A DNA stretch of 64,000 nt from Lytechinus pictus (lineage: Eukaryota): contig NC_087251.1 of assembly GCF_037042905.1 (NCBI RefSeq), forward strand, positions 29,452,001 to 29,516,000. The letters run 5' to 3'. Every line of letters starts with the position of its first letter. The stretch's first letter is position 1. The position numbers were made by a program, and so were the translations under genes. Below are positions 12,474 through 23,400 of this stretch, piece after piece. The notes under the pieces are model-generated. The model searched no databases and was not told the DNA's origin. It worked only from the letters and a program-made list of their open reading frames with translations.

Positions 12474-12966
12474 AACGAGGTATTGAGGTCAAGGTCATGT
12501 TTATGTTACCAACTTACCACCTATCTCTACTACTACTATTTTATTCTTAAATGCACTTATATTGTGTTTATGCTTGTAAGCTCACATTGTTAGTCTCTTT
12601 GTTGAGATTCTAATAAAAATAAAATCAACTGAATCTGAATCTCTTGCAAAAGTTAAGTGGAAAATAATTGTTACAATAGTATGGATCCAATAGTCTACCT
12701 AGATTTTGTTTTCATTTTGACGAGTTACATCGTTCTTGCTCTTACATATTTTTGAGAATGCATTCCATAATTATATTGTCATTGATTGAAATATTAAGAG
12801 GGCTCAGATGTCAATTCAAACTTGACATTCTATAAAAATTCATGAGATTGATATTATCCATTTTTGTGAGTAAATTTAAGATGAATTTATTACAAGATGT
12901 GGATGAATTAAATAGATATAACAGTACATCACATTTACAACCGCTCTTAAGAGTAAAATAAATATA

Positions 12967-13883
12967 AAACAAGTGGAATGCCTCTGATGGCCGTCTCACC
13001 TGCATCACGCGATTCAATATAGCAGCAGTGCTGATTTTGAAAACTACTATAACTCGCACAAGATGTTTAGTGATACTTGGTTACTCTTATTTCCACGTTT
13101 TATGAACTAAACCCATACACTTATAGAGATATGATGGTAATTCAACAAATACCCCCAACGTGGCCAAAGTTCATTGACCTTACATGACCTTTGACCTTGA
13201 TCATGTGACCTGAAACTCGCACAGGATGTTCAGTGATACTTTATTAGTCTTGTGTCCAAGTTTCAAGAGTCAGATCCATCAACTTTCAAAGTTATGATGG
13301 TAATTCAACAGATACCCCCATTATGGCCAAAGTTCATTGACCTTTGACCTTGGTCATGTGACCTAAAATGCGCACAGGATGTTCAGTGATACTTGATTAC
13401 TCTTATGTCCAAGTTTTATGAACTAGACCAACACACGTACTTTCAAAGTTATGGCAGTAATTCAACAAATACCCCAATTTGACCAAAGTTCATTGACCCT
13501 AAATGACCTTTGATCTTGACCATGTGACCTGAAACTTGCACAGGATGTTGAGTAATACTTGATTACTATTATGTACAAGTTTCATAAATCAGATCCATAA
13601 ACTTTTAAAGTTATGATGGTAATTCAACAGATACCCCCAATTCGGCCAAAGTTCATTGACCCTAAATGACCTTTGACCTTGGTCATGTGACATGAAACTC
13701 AGGCAGGATGTTTAATAATACTTGATTAACATTATGGCCAAGTTTCATGAACTAGGTCCATATACTTTCTAAGTTATGCTGTCATTTCAAAAACTTAACC
13801 TCAGGTTAAGATTTGGTGTTGCCGCCGCCGCCGCCGTCGGAAAAGCGGCGCCTATAGTCTGACTCTGCAATGCAGGTGAGACA
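12967..13883 (-). mobile_element. HINE-like element, copy 3 (full length)
   Basis: Both ends, the core repeats and the (GCC)n tract are present. Near-identical to copy 5. Confidence 0.8.
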
Positions 13884-14588
13884 GAAAATGGGTTAATAGT
13901 CTCTGAATATTATTTTTGATACGCGTATATTGAAGTCAGAAAATATATTTCATTTCAATCATATCATTGGAGAAAATGTACATGTGTGGTGTAAGGAGGG
14001 CAAGGGTGCAGGGTAGGCGACTCACCTCTAGTAGTGGGGGAAATAAGAGAACTTTAGAAGAGGGGAAGAACAAGAAATGGGGGGAAAATACATGAACACA
14101 AAATTGAGGTCAAGGTCATGTTTATGTTACCAACTTACCACCTATCTCTACTACTACTAGTTTATTCTTAAATGCACTTATATTGTGTTTATGCTTGTAA
14201 GCTCACATTGTTAGTCTCTTTGTTGAGATTCTAATAAAAAATAAAATCAACTGAATCTGAATCTCTTGCAAAAGTTAAGTGGAAAATAATTGTTACAATA
14301 GTATGGATCCAATAGTCTACCTAGATTTTGTTTTCATTTTGACGAGTTACATCGTTCTTGCTCTTACATATTTTTGAGAATGCATTCCATAATTATATTG
14401 TCATTGATTGAAATATTAAGAGGGCTCAGATGTCAATTCAAACTTGACATTCTATAAAAATTCATGAGATTGATATTATCCATTTTTGTGAGTAAATTTA
14501 AGATGAATTTATTACAAGATGTGGATGAATTAAATAGATATAACAGTACATCACATTTACAACCGCTCTTAAGAGTAAAATAAATATA

Positions 14589-15094
14589 AAACAAGTGGAA
14601 TGCCTCTGATGGCCGTCTCACCTGCATCACGCGATTCAATATAGCAGCAGTGCTGATTTTGAAAACTACTATAACTCGCACAAGATGTTTAGTGATACTT
14701 GGTTACTCTTATTTCCACGTTTTATGAACTAAACCCATACACTTATAGAGATATGATGGTAATTCAACAAATACCCCCAACGTGGCCAAAGTTCATTGAC
14801 CTTACATGACCTTTGACCTTGATCATGTGACCTGAAACTCGCACAGGATGTTCAGTGATACTTTATTAGTCTTGTGTCCAAGTTTCAAGAGTCAGATCCA
14901 TCAACTTTCAAAGTTATGATGGTAATTCAACAGATACCCCCATTATGGCCAAAGTTCATTGACCTTTGACCTTGGTCATGTGACCTAAAATGCGCACAGG
15001 ATGTTCAGTGATACTTGATTACTCTTATGTCCAAGTTTTATGAACTAGACCAACACACGTACTTTCAAAGTTATGGCAGTAATTCAACAAATAC
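14589..15094 (-). mobile_element. HINE-like element, copy 4 (truncated)
   Basis: Same breakpoint junction AACAAATACAACGAGGTATTGAGG as copy 2. Confidence 0.8.
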
Positions 15095-15585
15095 AACGAG
15101 GTATTGAGGTCAAGGTCATGTTTATGTTACCAACTTACCACCTATCTCTACTACTACTATTTTATTCTTAAATGCACTTATATTGTGTTTATGCTTGTAA
15201 GCTCACATTGTTAGTCTCTTTGTTGAGATTCTAATAAAAAATAAAATCAACTGAATCTGAATCTCTTGCAAAAGTTAAGTGGAAAATAATTGTTACAATA
15301 GTATGGATCCAATAGTCTACCTAGATTTTGTTTTCATTTTGACGAGTTACATCGTTCTTGCTCTTACATATTTTTGAGAATGCATTCCATAATTATGTCA
15401 TTGATTTAAATATTAAGAGGGCTCAGATGTCAATTCAAACTTGACATTCTATAAAAATTCATGAGATTGATATTATCCATTTTTGTGAGTAAATTTAAGA
15501 TGAATTTATTACAAGATGTGGATGAATTAAATAGATATAACAGTACATCACATTTACAACCGCTCTTAAGAGTAAAATAAATATA

Positions 15586-16506
15586 AAACAAGTGGAATGC
15601 CTCTGATGGCCGTCTCACCTGCATCACGCGATTCAATATAGCAGCAGTGCTGATTTTGAAAACTACTATAACTCGCACAAGATGTTTAGTGATACTTGGT
15701 TACTCTTATTTCCACGTTTTATGAACTAAACCCATACACTTATAGAGATATGATGGTAATTCAACAAATACCCCCAACGTGGCCAAAGTTCATTGACCTT
15801 ACATGACCTTTGACCTTGATCATGTGACCTGAAACTCGCACAGGATGTTCAGTGATACTTTATTAGTCTTAATTGTGTCCAAGTTTCAAGAGTCAGATCC
15901 ATCAACTTTCAAAGTTATGATGGTAATTCAACAGATACCCCCATTATGGCCAAAGTTCATTGACCTTTGACCTTGGTCATGTGACCTAAAATGCGCACAG
16001 GATGTTCAGTGATACTTGATTACTCTTATGTCCAAGTTTTATGAACTAGACCAACACACGTACTTTCAAAGTTATGGCAGTAATTCAACAAATACCCCAA
16101 TTTGACCAAAGTTCATTGACCCTAAATGACCTTTGATCTTGACCATGTGACCTGAAACTTGCACAGGATGTTGAGTAATACTTGATTACTATTATGTACA
16201 AGTTTCATAAATCAGATCCATAAACTTTTAAAGTTATGATGGTAATTCAACAGATACCCCCAATTCGGCCAAAGTTCATTGACCCTAAATGACCTTTGAC
16301 CTTGGTCATGTGACATGAAACTCAGGCAGGATGTTTAATAATACTTGATTAACATTATGGCCAAGTTTCATGAACTAGGTCCATATACTTTCTAAGTTAT
16401 GCTGTCATTTCAAAAACTTAACCTCAGGTTAAGATTTGGTGTTGACGCCGCCGCCGCCGTCGGAAAAGCGGCGCCTATAGTCTCACTCTGCTATGCAGGT
16501 GAGACA
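15586..16506 (-). mobile_element. HINE-like element, copy 5 (full length)
   Basis: Ends GTCTCACTCTGCTATGCAGGTGAGACA (intact stem-loop), followed by unique flank. Confidence 0.8.
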
Positions 16507-16584
16507 AAAATAAATATTACCCTACAGTATACTTGTATTTACAAGTAGAATGTTCAATAAATACAACTTTATATACAAACTCAC

Positions 16585-16729
16585 CTTCATACTAGAAGCT
16601 TGACCCCCTTATCCAAAGAGAGATTTCTTGTTTAATGGCACACAGTGGCAGAGTGTCTGGACTTCCATCTCCTTCCAGTTGCTGTCCCCCTCTTTCTTTC
16701 TACCTCTTCTCACCGTTTGTGTGGTTCAC
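16585..16729 (-). pseudogene. Candidate exon with weak Myb/SANT-like resemblance and in-frame stops
   Basis: Minus-strand acceptor CTTTTCTAACAG and donor AAG|GTGAGT. The best frame reads TTQTVRRGRKKEGDSNWKEMEVQTLCHCVPLNKKSLFG*GGQASSMK, but all three frames contain stops. Confidence 0.3.
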
Positions 16730-17182
16730 CTGTTAGAAAAGTGAATACCAAATTTTTCCATAGTACTAAACAGATGAGAATGAATTCATATGTACATTTT
16801 GTATCAACAACAACAACTGAAGTCCCTTCTTTAAAAAATATTGTTATCATTACAGATTTTGTCAAATATATTTGACAGGGGTGTTGGACTTTTGGTACAG
16901 TTTCACTGGCTATTGTAAGAACTGTGTAAAAATGAATTCTATCCATGAGTGCATTGTGAATGAGGTCTAGTCATTCAACCTTGAAATGGTTTGATGAACA
17001 CACTAAGAATCAGGGTTCAAATTTGAGCCTTAGGGGTTGGTACAGTAAGGGGTGCTAGAGGGAGCAATGCTCATTTGTGCACCTTCATGGGTGTAACATA
17101 AGCTACATTAAGCACCATATAGGGTGCAGATTTGAACCATGTAATGAAAGTTATTTTTTTTTTGAACATTTTTAATGTTTAA

Positions 17183-17769
17183 AGGAGAATGAAACTCTTG
17201 GAGCAAGTTAGCTTTTGTGAAAGCAGAAAAATCAAAGAATAAGATCAACAAAACTTTGAGTAAAATAGGAACGACTAGCAATAAAAGAGTTGTGAGCATT
17301 TGAATGTCGAGATCACTAATGCTATGGAGATCCTCCCATCGGCAATGCGACCAAGATCTGTGATGTCACACACGTACAACGCTCCCATTTGGACACTGAA
17401 AATATACCCCAAAACATATCTTTTTGCTCATTCTAATCATATGACAAACGATTCATCAATGATATAATGTTGTGAAACCTCTGTACTTGTCATCTCATAA
17501 AGAGAACACCTCACCTTGTGATAGACTCTATAAAAGTGAGAATATACGTGAAATAAGTACTAAAGTAATGAGGGAGTTGTACGTGTGTGATATCACAGAT
17601 CTTGGTCGCATTGCCGATGGGAGGATCTACATGGCACTAGTGATCTCAATATTCAAATGCTCATAACTTTCTTATTATTCATTCAATCTTCCTCAAACTT
17701 TCAACAATATGTTTCTTTGATTTTTCTCTTTGATATGGATTCAGCTGGTTTCAAGGGTTTCATTCTCCT
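17183..17769. mobile_element. 587-bp Kolobok-like MITE with TTAA TSD and long imperfect TIRs
   Basis: TTAA|AGGAGAATGAAACTCTTG...CAAGGGTTTCATTCTCCT|TTAA. The inner arms ~17293-17386 and ~17572-17663 are clear reverse complements. Confidence 0.88.
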
Positions 17770-17998
17770 TTAAGTATTATACACCTTAAAAGGTAAAATG
17801 TTGCCCCTTTTATTGTGCAAAGAACATTTCTGGGTGCAAACAATAATAAGGACAATTTCACCTTTTATCACTTAGGGTGCAATATTACAAGGAGAGTACA
17901 AGTGTTTCATTTAGGCTTCAAATTTTTTAACTTAGAAAAATATGTTATAAAAATGATTTACAAACGCAATATATGAATACTTCAAATGAAGATACATG

Positions 17999-18225
17999 TA
18001 GCATCCTAACCGATTATTACAGCGAGAATCAAGAGGATCCAGGGAGTTTGAATTTTCGACCCCCTCGCGCCCCACCCGCGACATGGAAAATTGGCCAAAA
18101 TTGAGCAAATAATTTTTGTTTAATATAGCCCCCAAAATCCCCACACCCCCAAATCAGCCGTCTTTGCTCCCTGGGATGTTTTAGCATCCTAACCAATTAT
18201 TACAGCGAGAATCAAGAAGATCCAG
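17999..18225 (+). repeat. Orphan, diverged ~1.25 monomers of the 186-bp satellite
   Basis: TAGCATCCTAACCGATTATTACAGCGAGAATCAAGAGGATCCAGGGAG...GAAGATCCAG, in the same orientation as the main array, with several private indels and substitutions. Confidence 0.95.
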
Positions 18226-18469
18226 TGCCATTTGATGTTATTTGTATTGTGATCTTTGTTGTATTAATATATTAGTTTAATATTCAACTCGTTATGATAC
18301 ATTGGTGTCTATATTTATTAGAGTCTTACACCAACGGAGGTCTAACCCTTTTATTTAATAGTGAGCTAGTTACGAATCATCATGATTTTGTTATTCAGAT
18401 TATATTGTAAAAGAGGAGAGAAAAGTAAAAGGCAGTTACACCAGTATGTTGTATTAGTATTATGATGAT

Positions 18470-20287
18470 CCCAGGACCAAAATCCAGTTAAAACCAATTC
18501 GGGCAAAACCAATTGAAACAAGTTGGCCAACTGGTTTCAATAGGGAAATTGGAACAACTGGTTCCAATTGAAAACCAGTTGCCAATTGGTTCCAGTTAAA
18601 AACCAATTGAAAACCAGTTGCCAATTGGTTCCAGTTAAAACCAATTGGGCAACTGGAACCAGTTGGCAATTGTTGTCAATTGGTTCCAGTTGTTCCAATT
18701 TCCCTATTAAAACCAATTGAATCCAATTGGAGGCAACTGGTTTCAATTGGTTCCAGTTGAAACCAATTGGAGGCAACTGGTTTCAACTGGAACCAGTTGA
18801 AACCAATTGGTTTCCAACTGGATCCAATTGGAACTTCCAGTTGGAACGAACTTAATTAGTTACAAATTAATTAGCATTTGCACTAACTATTTCTCATGCC
18901 AACACAGAAGCAGTGTTATATGTCTATTAATACCAATGTAAAGGGCATTGATAAAATACAGACTTTCATGTGTATATATTTATATGGAAGATCTTCAAAT
19001 ATATGTACTTTTATTTGATGTAATTTGGTAACATTTAGTGGTGTACTAATTATCCTTTAATCTGTTTTAATTATAATCTATAACATTTATGAACATGGTT
19101 TTCACTGCTAAGTATTCTAAATACTAATCTTTAAAAAGTGTGGTACTTGAAATTGTAAAGAATTAAATAGATACATTGTTAATGATGATTAATCTCATAA
19201 AACATTATTCTGTGCACACTGGCAAATAATATGCAAATTAACTGGTTTCAATTGGATCCAGTTGGGTAACTGGAAAATTTCCAATTGGAAACCAATTGGA
19301 AATAATTTCCAGTTACCCAACTGGTTCCAATTAGAATTCATTTCCAGTTACCCATCTTTCCAGTTAGAAGTCATCTCAGTTACCCAATTGGTACCAGTTA
19401 GGATTTCCAGTTACACAACTGAATGGTTCAAGTTAGGATTTCCAGTTACCCAACTGGTTCCAGTTAGAAATAATTTCCAGTTGGAAGTCATTTCCAGTTA
19501 CCCAACTGGTTCCAGTTAGGATTTCCAGTTGCCCAACTGGTTCCAGTTAGAAATCATTTCCAATTGGAAGTCATTTCCAGTTACCCAACTGGTTCCAGTT
19601 AGGATTTCCAGTTGCCCAACTGGTTCCAGTTGGGATTTCCAGTTACTCAACTGGTTCCAGTAAGAAATCATTTCCAATTGGAAGTCATTTCCAGTTACCC
19701 AACTGGTTCCAGTTAGGATCCAGTTGCCCAACTGGTTCCAGTTGGGATTTCCAGTTACTCAACTGGTTCCAGTTAGAAATCATTTCCAGTTGGAAGTCAT
19801 TTCCAGTTACCCAACTGGTTCCAGTTAGGATTTCCAGTTGCCCAACTGGTTCCAGTTAGAAATCATTTCCAATTGGAAGTCATTTCCAGTAACCCAACTG
19901 GTTCCAGTTAGGATTTCCAGTTGCCCAACTGGTTCCAGTTGGGATTTCCAGTTACTCAACTGGTTCCAGTAAGAAATCATTTCCAATTGGAAGTCATTTC
20001 CAGTTACCCAACTGGTTCCAGTTAGGATTTCCAGTTGCCCAACTGGTTCCAGTTGGGATTTCCAGTTACTCAACTGGTTCCAGTTAGAAATCATTTCCAA
20101 TTGGAAGTCATTTCCAGTTATCCAACTGGTTCCAGTTAGGATTTCCAGTTGCCCAACTGGTTTCAATTGGTTTCAACTGGAAATTGTTAAATTCCAGTTA
20201 AAACCAATTGAAACCAGTTGAAACCAATTGAAACCAATTGAAACCAGTTGGAAATCCAACTGGTTTCAATTGGATTTTGGTCCTGGG
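18470..20287. mobile_element. 1818-bp non-autonomous EnSpm/CACTA-like element with 2-bp TSD and internal minisatellite
   Basis: AT|CCCAGGACCAAAATCCA...TGGATTTTGGTCCTGGG|AT (17-bp perfect TIR). Both arms are packed with ~10-bp AACCA(A/G)TTG motifs around an AT-rich core (~18850-19240). Confidence 0.85.
19440..20160. repeat. Minisatellite of 31-bp and 52-bp units forming 83/114-bp higher-order repeats
   Basis: Units GGTTCCAGTTAGGATTTCCAGTTGCCCAACT (31 bp) and GGTTCCAGTTAGAAATCATTTCCAATTGGAAGTCATTTCCAGTTACCCAACT (52 bp). The marker GTTACTCAAC occurs at 19951 and 20065, 114 bp apart. Confidence 0.9.
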
Positions 20288-20314
20288 ATTCGATGTTGCA
20301 ACCGCAAATTGTAA

Positions 20315-20333
20315 GCGCGCCATCTAGTGTTGG
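20315..20333 (-). promoter_or_regulatory. CTCF-like binding motif
   Basis: The minus strand reads CCAACACTAGATGGCGCGC. The core CACTAGATGGCGC fits the CTCF consensus CCASYAGRKGGCRS with one mismatch. Confidence 0.45.
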
Positions 20334-20423
20334 TCTCCTGGCCATGGTCATTAAAGACAGTCACACTTAACCTCAAAGTTGTCTAGTTTATTTACTTACG
20401 TCTTATATTATTAACCCTTGGCG

Positions 20424-23400
20424 CAGGGAGTTTGAATTTTTGACCCCCTCGCCCCACCCGCGACATGGAAAATTGGTCAAAATTGGCCAAAATTGAGCAA
20501 AATGATATTTGTTCAATATTTCCCCCGAAACCCCCCCAAATCAGCCGTCTTCGCTCCCTGGGATGTTTTAGCATCCTAACCGATTATTACAGCGAGAATC
20601 AAGAGGATCCAGGGTGTTTGAATTTTCGACCCCCTCGCCCCACCCGCGACATGGAAAATTGGGCAAAATTGGCCAAAATTGAGCAAAATAATATTTGTTC
20701 AATATTTCCCCTGAAACCCCCTCAAATCAGCCGTCTTCGCTCCCGGGGATGTTTTAGCATCCTAACCGATTATTACAGCAAGAATCAAGAGGATCCAGGG
20801 AGTTTGAATTTTCGACCCCCTCGCCCCACCCGCAACGTGGAAAATTGGGAAAAATTTGCCAAAATTGAGCAAAATAATATTTGTTCAATATTTCCCCCGA
20901 AACCCCCCCAAATCAGCCGTCTTCGCTCCCTGGGTATGTTTTAGCATCCTAACCGATTATTACAGCGAGAATCAAGAGGATCCAGGGAGTTTGAATTTTC
21001 GACCCCCTCGCCCCACCCGCAACATGGAAAATTGGGCAAAATTGACCAAAATTGAGCAAAATAATATTTGTTCAATATTTCCCCCGAAACCCCCCAAAAT
21101 CAGCCGTCTTTGCTCCCTGGGATGTTTTAGCATCCTAACCGATTATTACAGCGACAATCAAGAGGATCCAGGGAGTTTGAATTTTCAACCCCCTCGCCCC
21201 ACCCGCGACATGGAAAATTTGGCAAAATTGGCCAAAATTGAGCAAAATAATATTTGTTCAATATTTCCCCCGAAACCCCCCCAAATCAGCCGTCTTCGCT
21301 CCCTGGAATGTTTTAGCATCCTAACCGATTATTACAGCGAGAATCAAGAGGATCCAGGGAGTTTGAATTTTCGACCCCCTCGCCCCACCCGCGACATGGA
21401 AAATTGGGCAAAATTGGCAAAAATTGAGCAAAATAATATTTGTTCAATATTTCCCCCGAAACCCCCCCAAATCAACCGTCCTCGCTCCCTGGGATGTTTT
21501 AGCATCCTAACCGATTAATACAGAGAGAATCAAGAGGATCCAGGGAGTTTGAATTTTCTACCCCCTCGCCCCACCCGCGACATGGAATATTGGGCAAAAT
21601 TGGGCAAAATTGAGCAAAATAATATTTGTTCAATATTTCCCCCGAAACCCCCCCCAAATCAGCCGTCTTTGCTCCTTGGGATGTTTTAGAATCCTAACCG
21701 ATTATTACAGCGAGAATCAAGAGGATCCAGGGAGTTTGAATTTTCGACCCCCTCGCCCCACCCGCGACATGGAAAATTGGGCAAAATTGAGCAAAATAAT
21801 ATTTGTTCAATATTTCCCTCGAAACCCCCCCAAATCAGCCGTCTTTGCTCCTTGGGATGTTTTAGCATCCTAACCGATTATTACAGCGAGAATCAAGAGG
21901 ATCCAGGGAGTTTGAATTTTCGACCCCCTCGCCCCACCCGCGACATGGAAAATTGGCCAAAATTGAGCAAAATAATATTTGTTCAATATTTCCCCCGAAA
22001 CCCCCCCAAATCAGCCGTCTTCGCTCCCTGGAATGTTTTAGCATCCAAACCGATTATTATAGCGAGAATCAAGAGGATCCAGGGAGTTTGAATTTTCGAC
22101 CCCCTCGCCCCACCCGCGACATGGAAAATTGGGCAAAATTGGCCAAAATTGAGCAAAATAATATTTGTTCAATATTTCCCCCGAAACCCCCCAAAATCAG
22201 CCGTCTTTGCTCCCTGGAATGTTTTAGCATCCTAACCGATTATTACAGCGAGAATCAAGAGGATCCAGGGAGTTTGAATTTTCGACCCCCTTGCCCCACC
22301 TGCGACATGGAAAATTGGGCAAAATTGGCCAAAACTGAGCAAAATAATATTTGTTCAATATTTCCCCCGAAACCCCCCCAAATCAGCCGTCTTCGCTCCC
22401 TGGGATGTTTTAGCATCCTAACTGATTATTACAGCGAGAATCAAGAGGATCCAGGGAGTTTGAATTTTCGACCCCCTCGCCCCACCCGCGACATGAAAAA
22501 TTGGGCAAAATTGGCCAAAATTGAGCAAAATAATATTTGTTCAATATTTCCCCCGAAACCCCCCGAAATCAGCCGTCTTCGCTCCTTGGGATGTTTTAGC
22601 ATCCTAACCGATTATTACAGCGAGAATCAAGAGGATCCAGGGAGTTTGAATTTTCGACCCCCTCGCCCCACCCGCGACATGGAAAATTAGGCAAAATTGG
22701 CCAAAATTGAGCAAAATAATATTTGTTCAATATTTCCCCCGAAACCCCCCGAAACCCCCCAAAATCAGCCGTCTTTGCTCCCTGGGATGTTTTAGCATCC
22801 TAACCGATTATTACAGCGAGAATCAAAAGGATCCAGGGAGTTTGAACTTTCGACCCCCTTGCCCCACCCGCGACATGGAAAATTGGGCAAAACTGAGCAA
22901 AATAATATTTGTTCAATATTTCCCCCTAAACCCCCCCAAATCAGCCGTCCTCGCTTCCTGGGATGTTTTAGCATCCTAACTGATTATTACAGCGAGAATC
23001 AAGAGGATCCAGGGAGTTTGAATTTTCGACCCCCTCGCCCCACCCGCGACATGAAAAATTGGGCAAAATTGAGCAAAATAATATTTGTTCAATATTTCCC
23101 CCGAAACCCCCCCAAATCAGCCGTCTTCGCTCCTTGGGATGTTTTAGCATCCTAACCGATTATTACAGCGAGAATCAAGAGGATCCAGGGAGTCTGAATT
23201 TTCGACCCCCTCGCCCCACCCGCGACATGGAAAATTGGGCAAAATTGGCCAAAATTGAGCAAAATAATATTTGTTCAATATTTCCCCCGAAACCCCCCAA
23301 AATCAGCCGTCTTTGCTCCCTGGAATGTTTTATTAGCATCCTAACCGATTATTACAGCGAGAATCAAGAGGATCCAGGGAGTTTGAATTTTCGACCCCTT

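Larger units (their letters stand above)
9522..16506. repeat. Tandem duplication of a ~2.62-kb unit (long spacer + truncated HINE + short spacer + full HINE)
   Basis: 9522-13883 minus the 1744-bp Tc1-like insert matches 13884-16506. The near-identical spurious ORFs at 10071, 12811, 14433 and 15430 mark the repeated spacer/HINE junction. Confidence 0.9.

Noticed and set aside
10071..15678. Four near-identical 81-82 aa ORFs (MRVIVVFK...) as a gene family
   Set aside because: They straddle the HINE end and the AT-rich spacer, and are identical only because of the tandem duplications.
18460..20166. ORFs with NWNQL/TGTSW repeats as repeat proteins
   Set aside because: They are translations of transposon subterminal motifs and the internal minisatellite.
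1..20420. Autonomous transposase, Rep/helicase or reverse transcriptase genes
   Set aside because: No ORF of adequate length or with catalytic motifs was found. All elements appear non-autonomous.
20412..20580. Telomere-derived origin of the satellite (TAACCCT at the junction, CCTAACC in the monomer)
   Set aside because: Only single partial hexamers are present, with no (TTAGGG)n tract.
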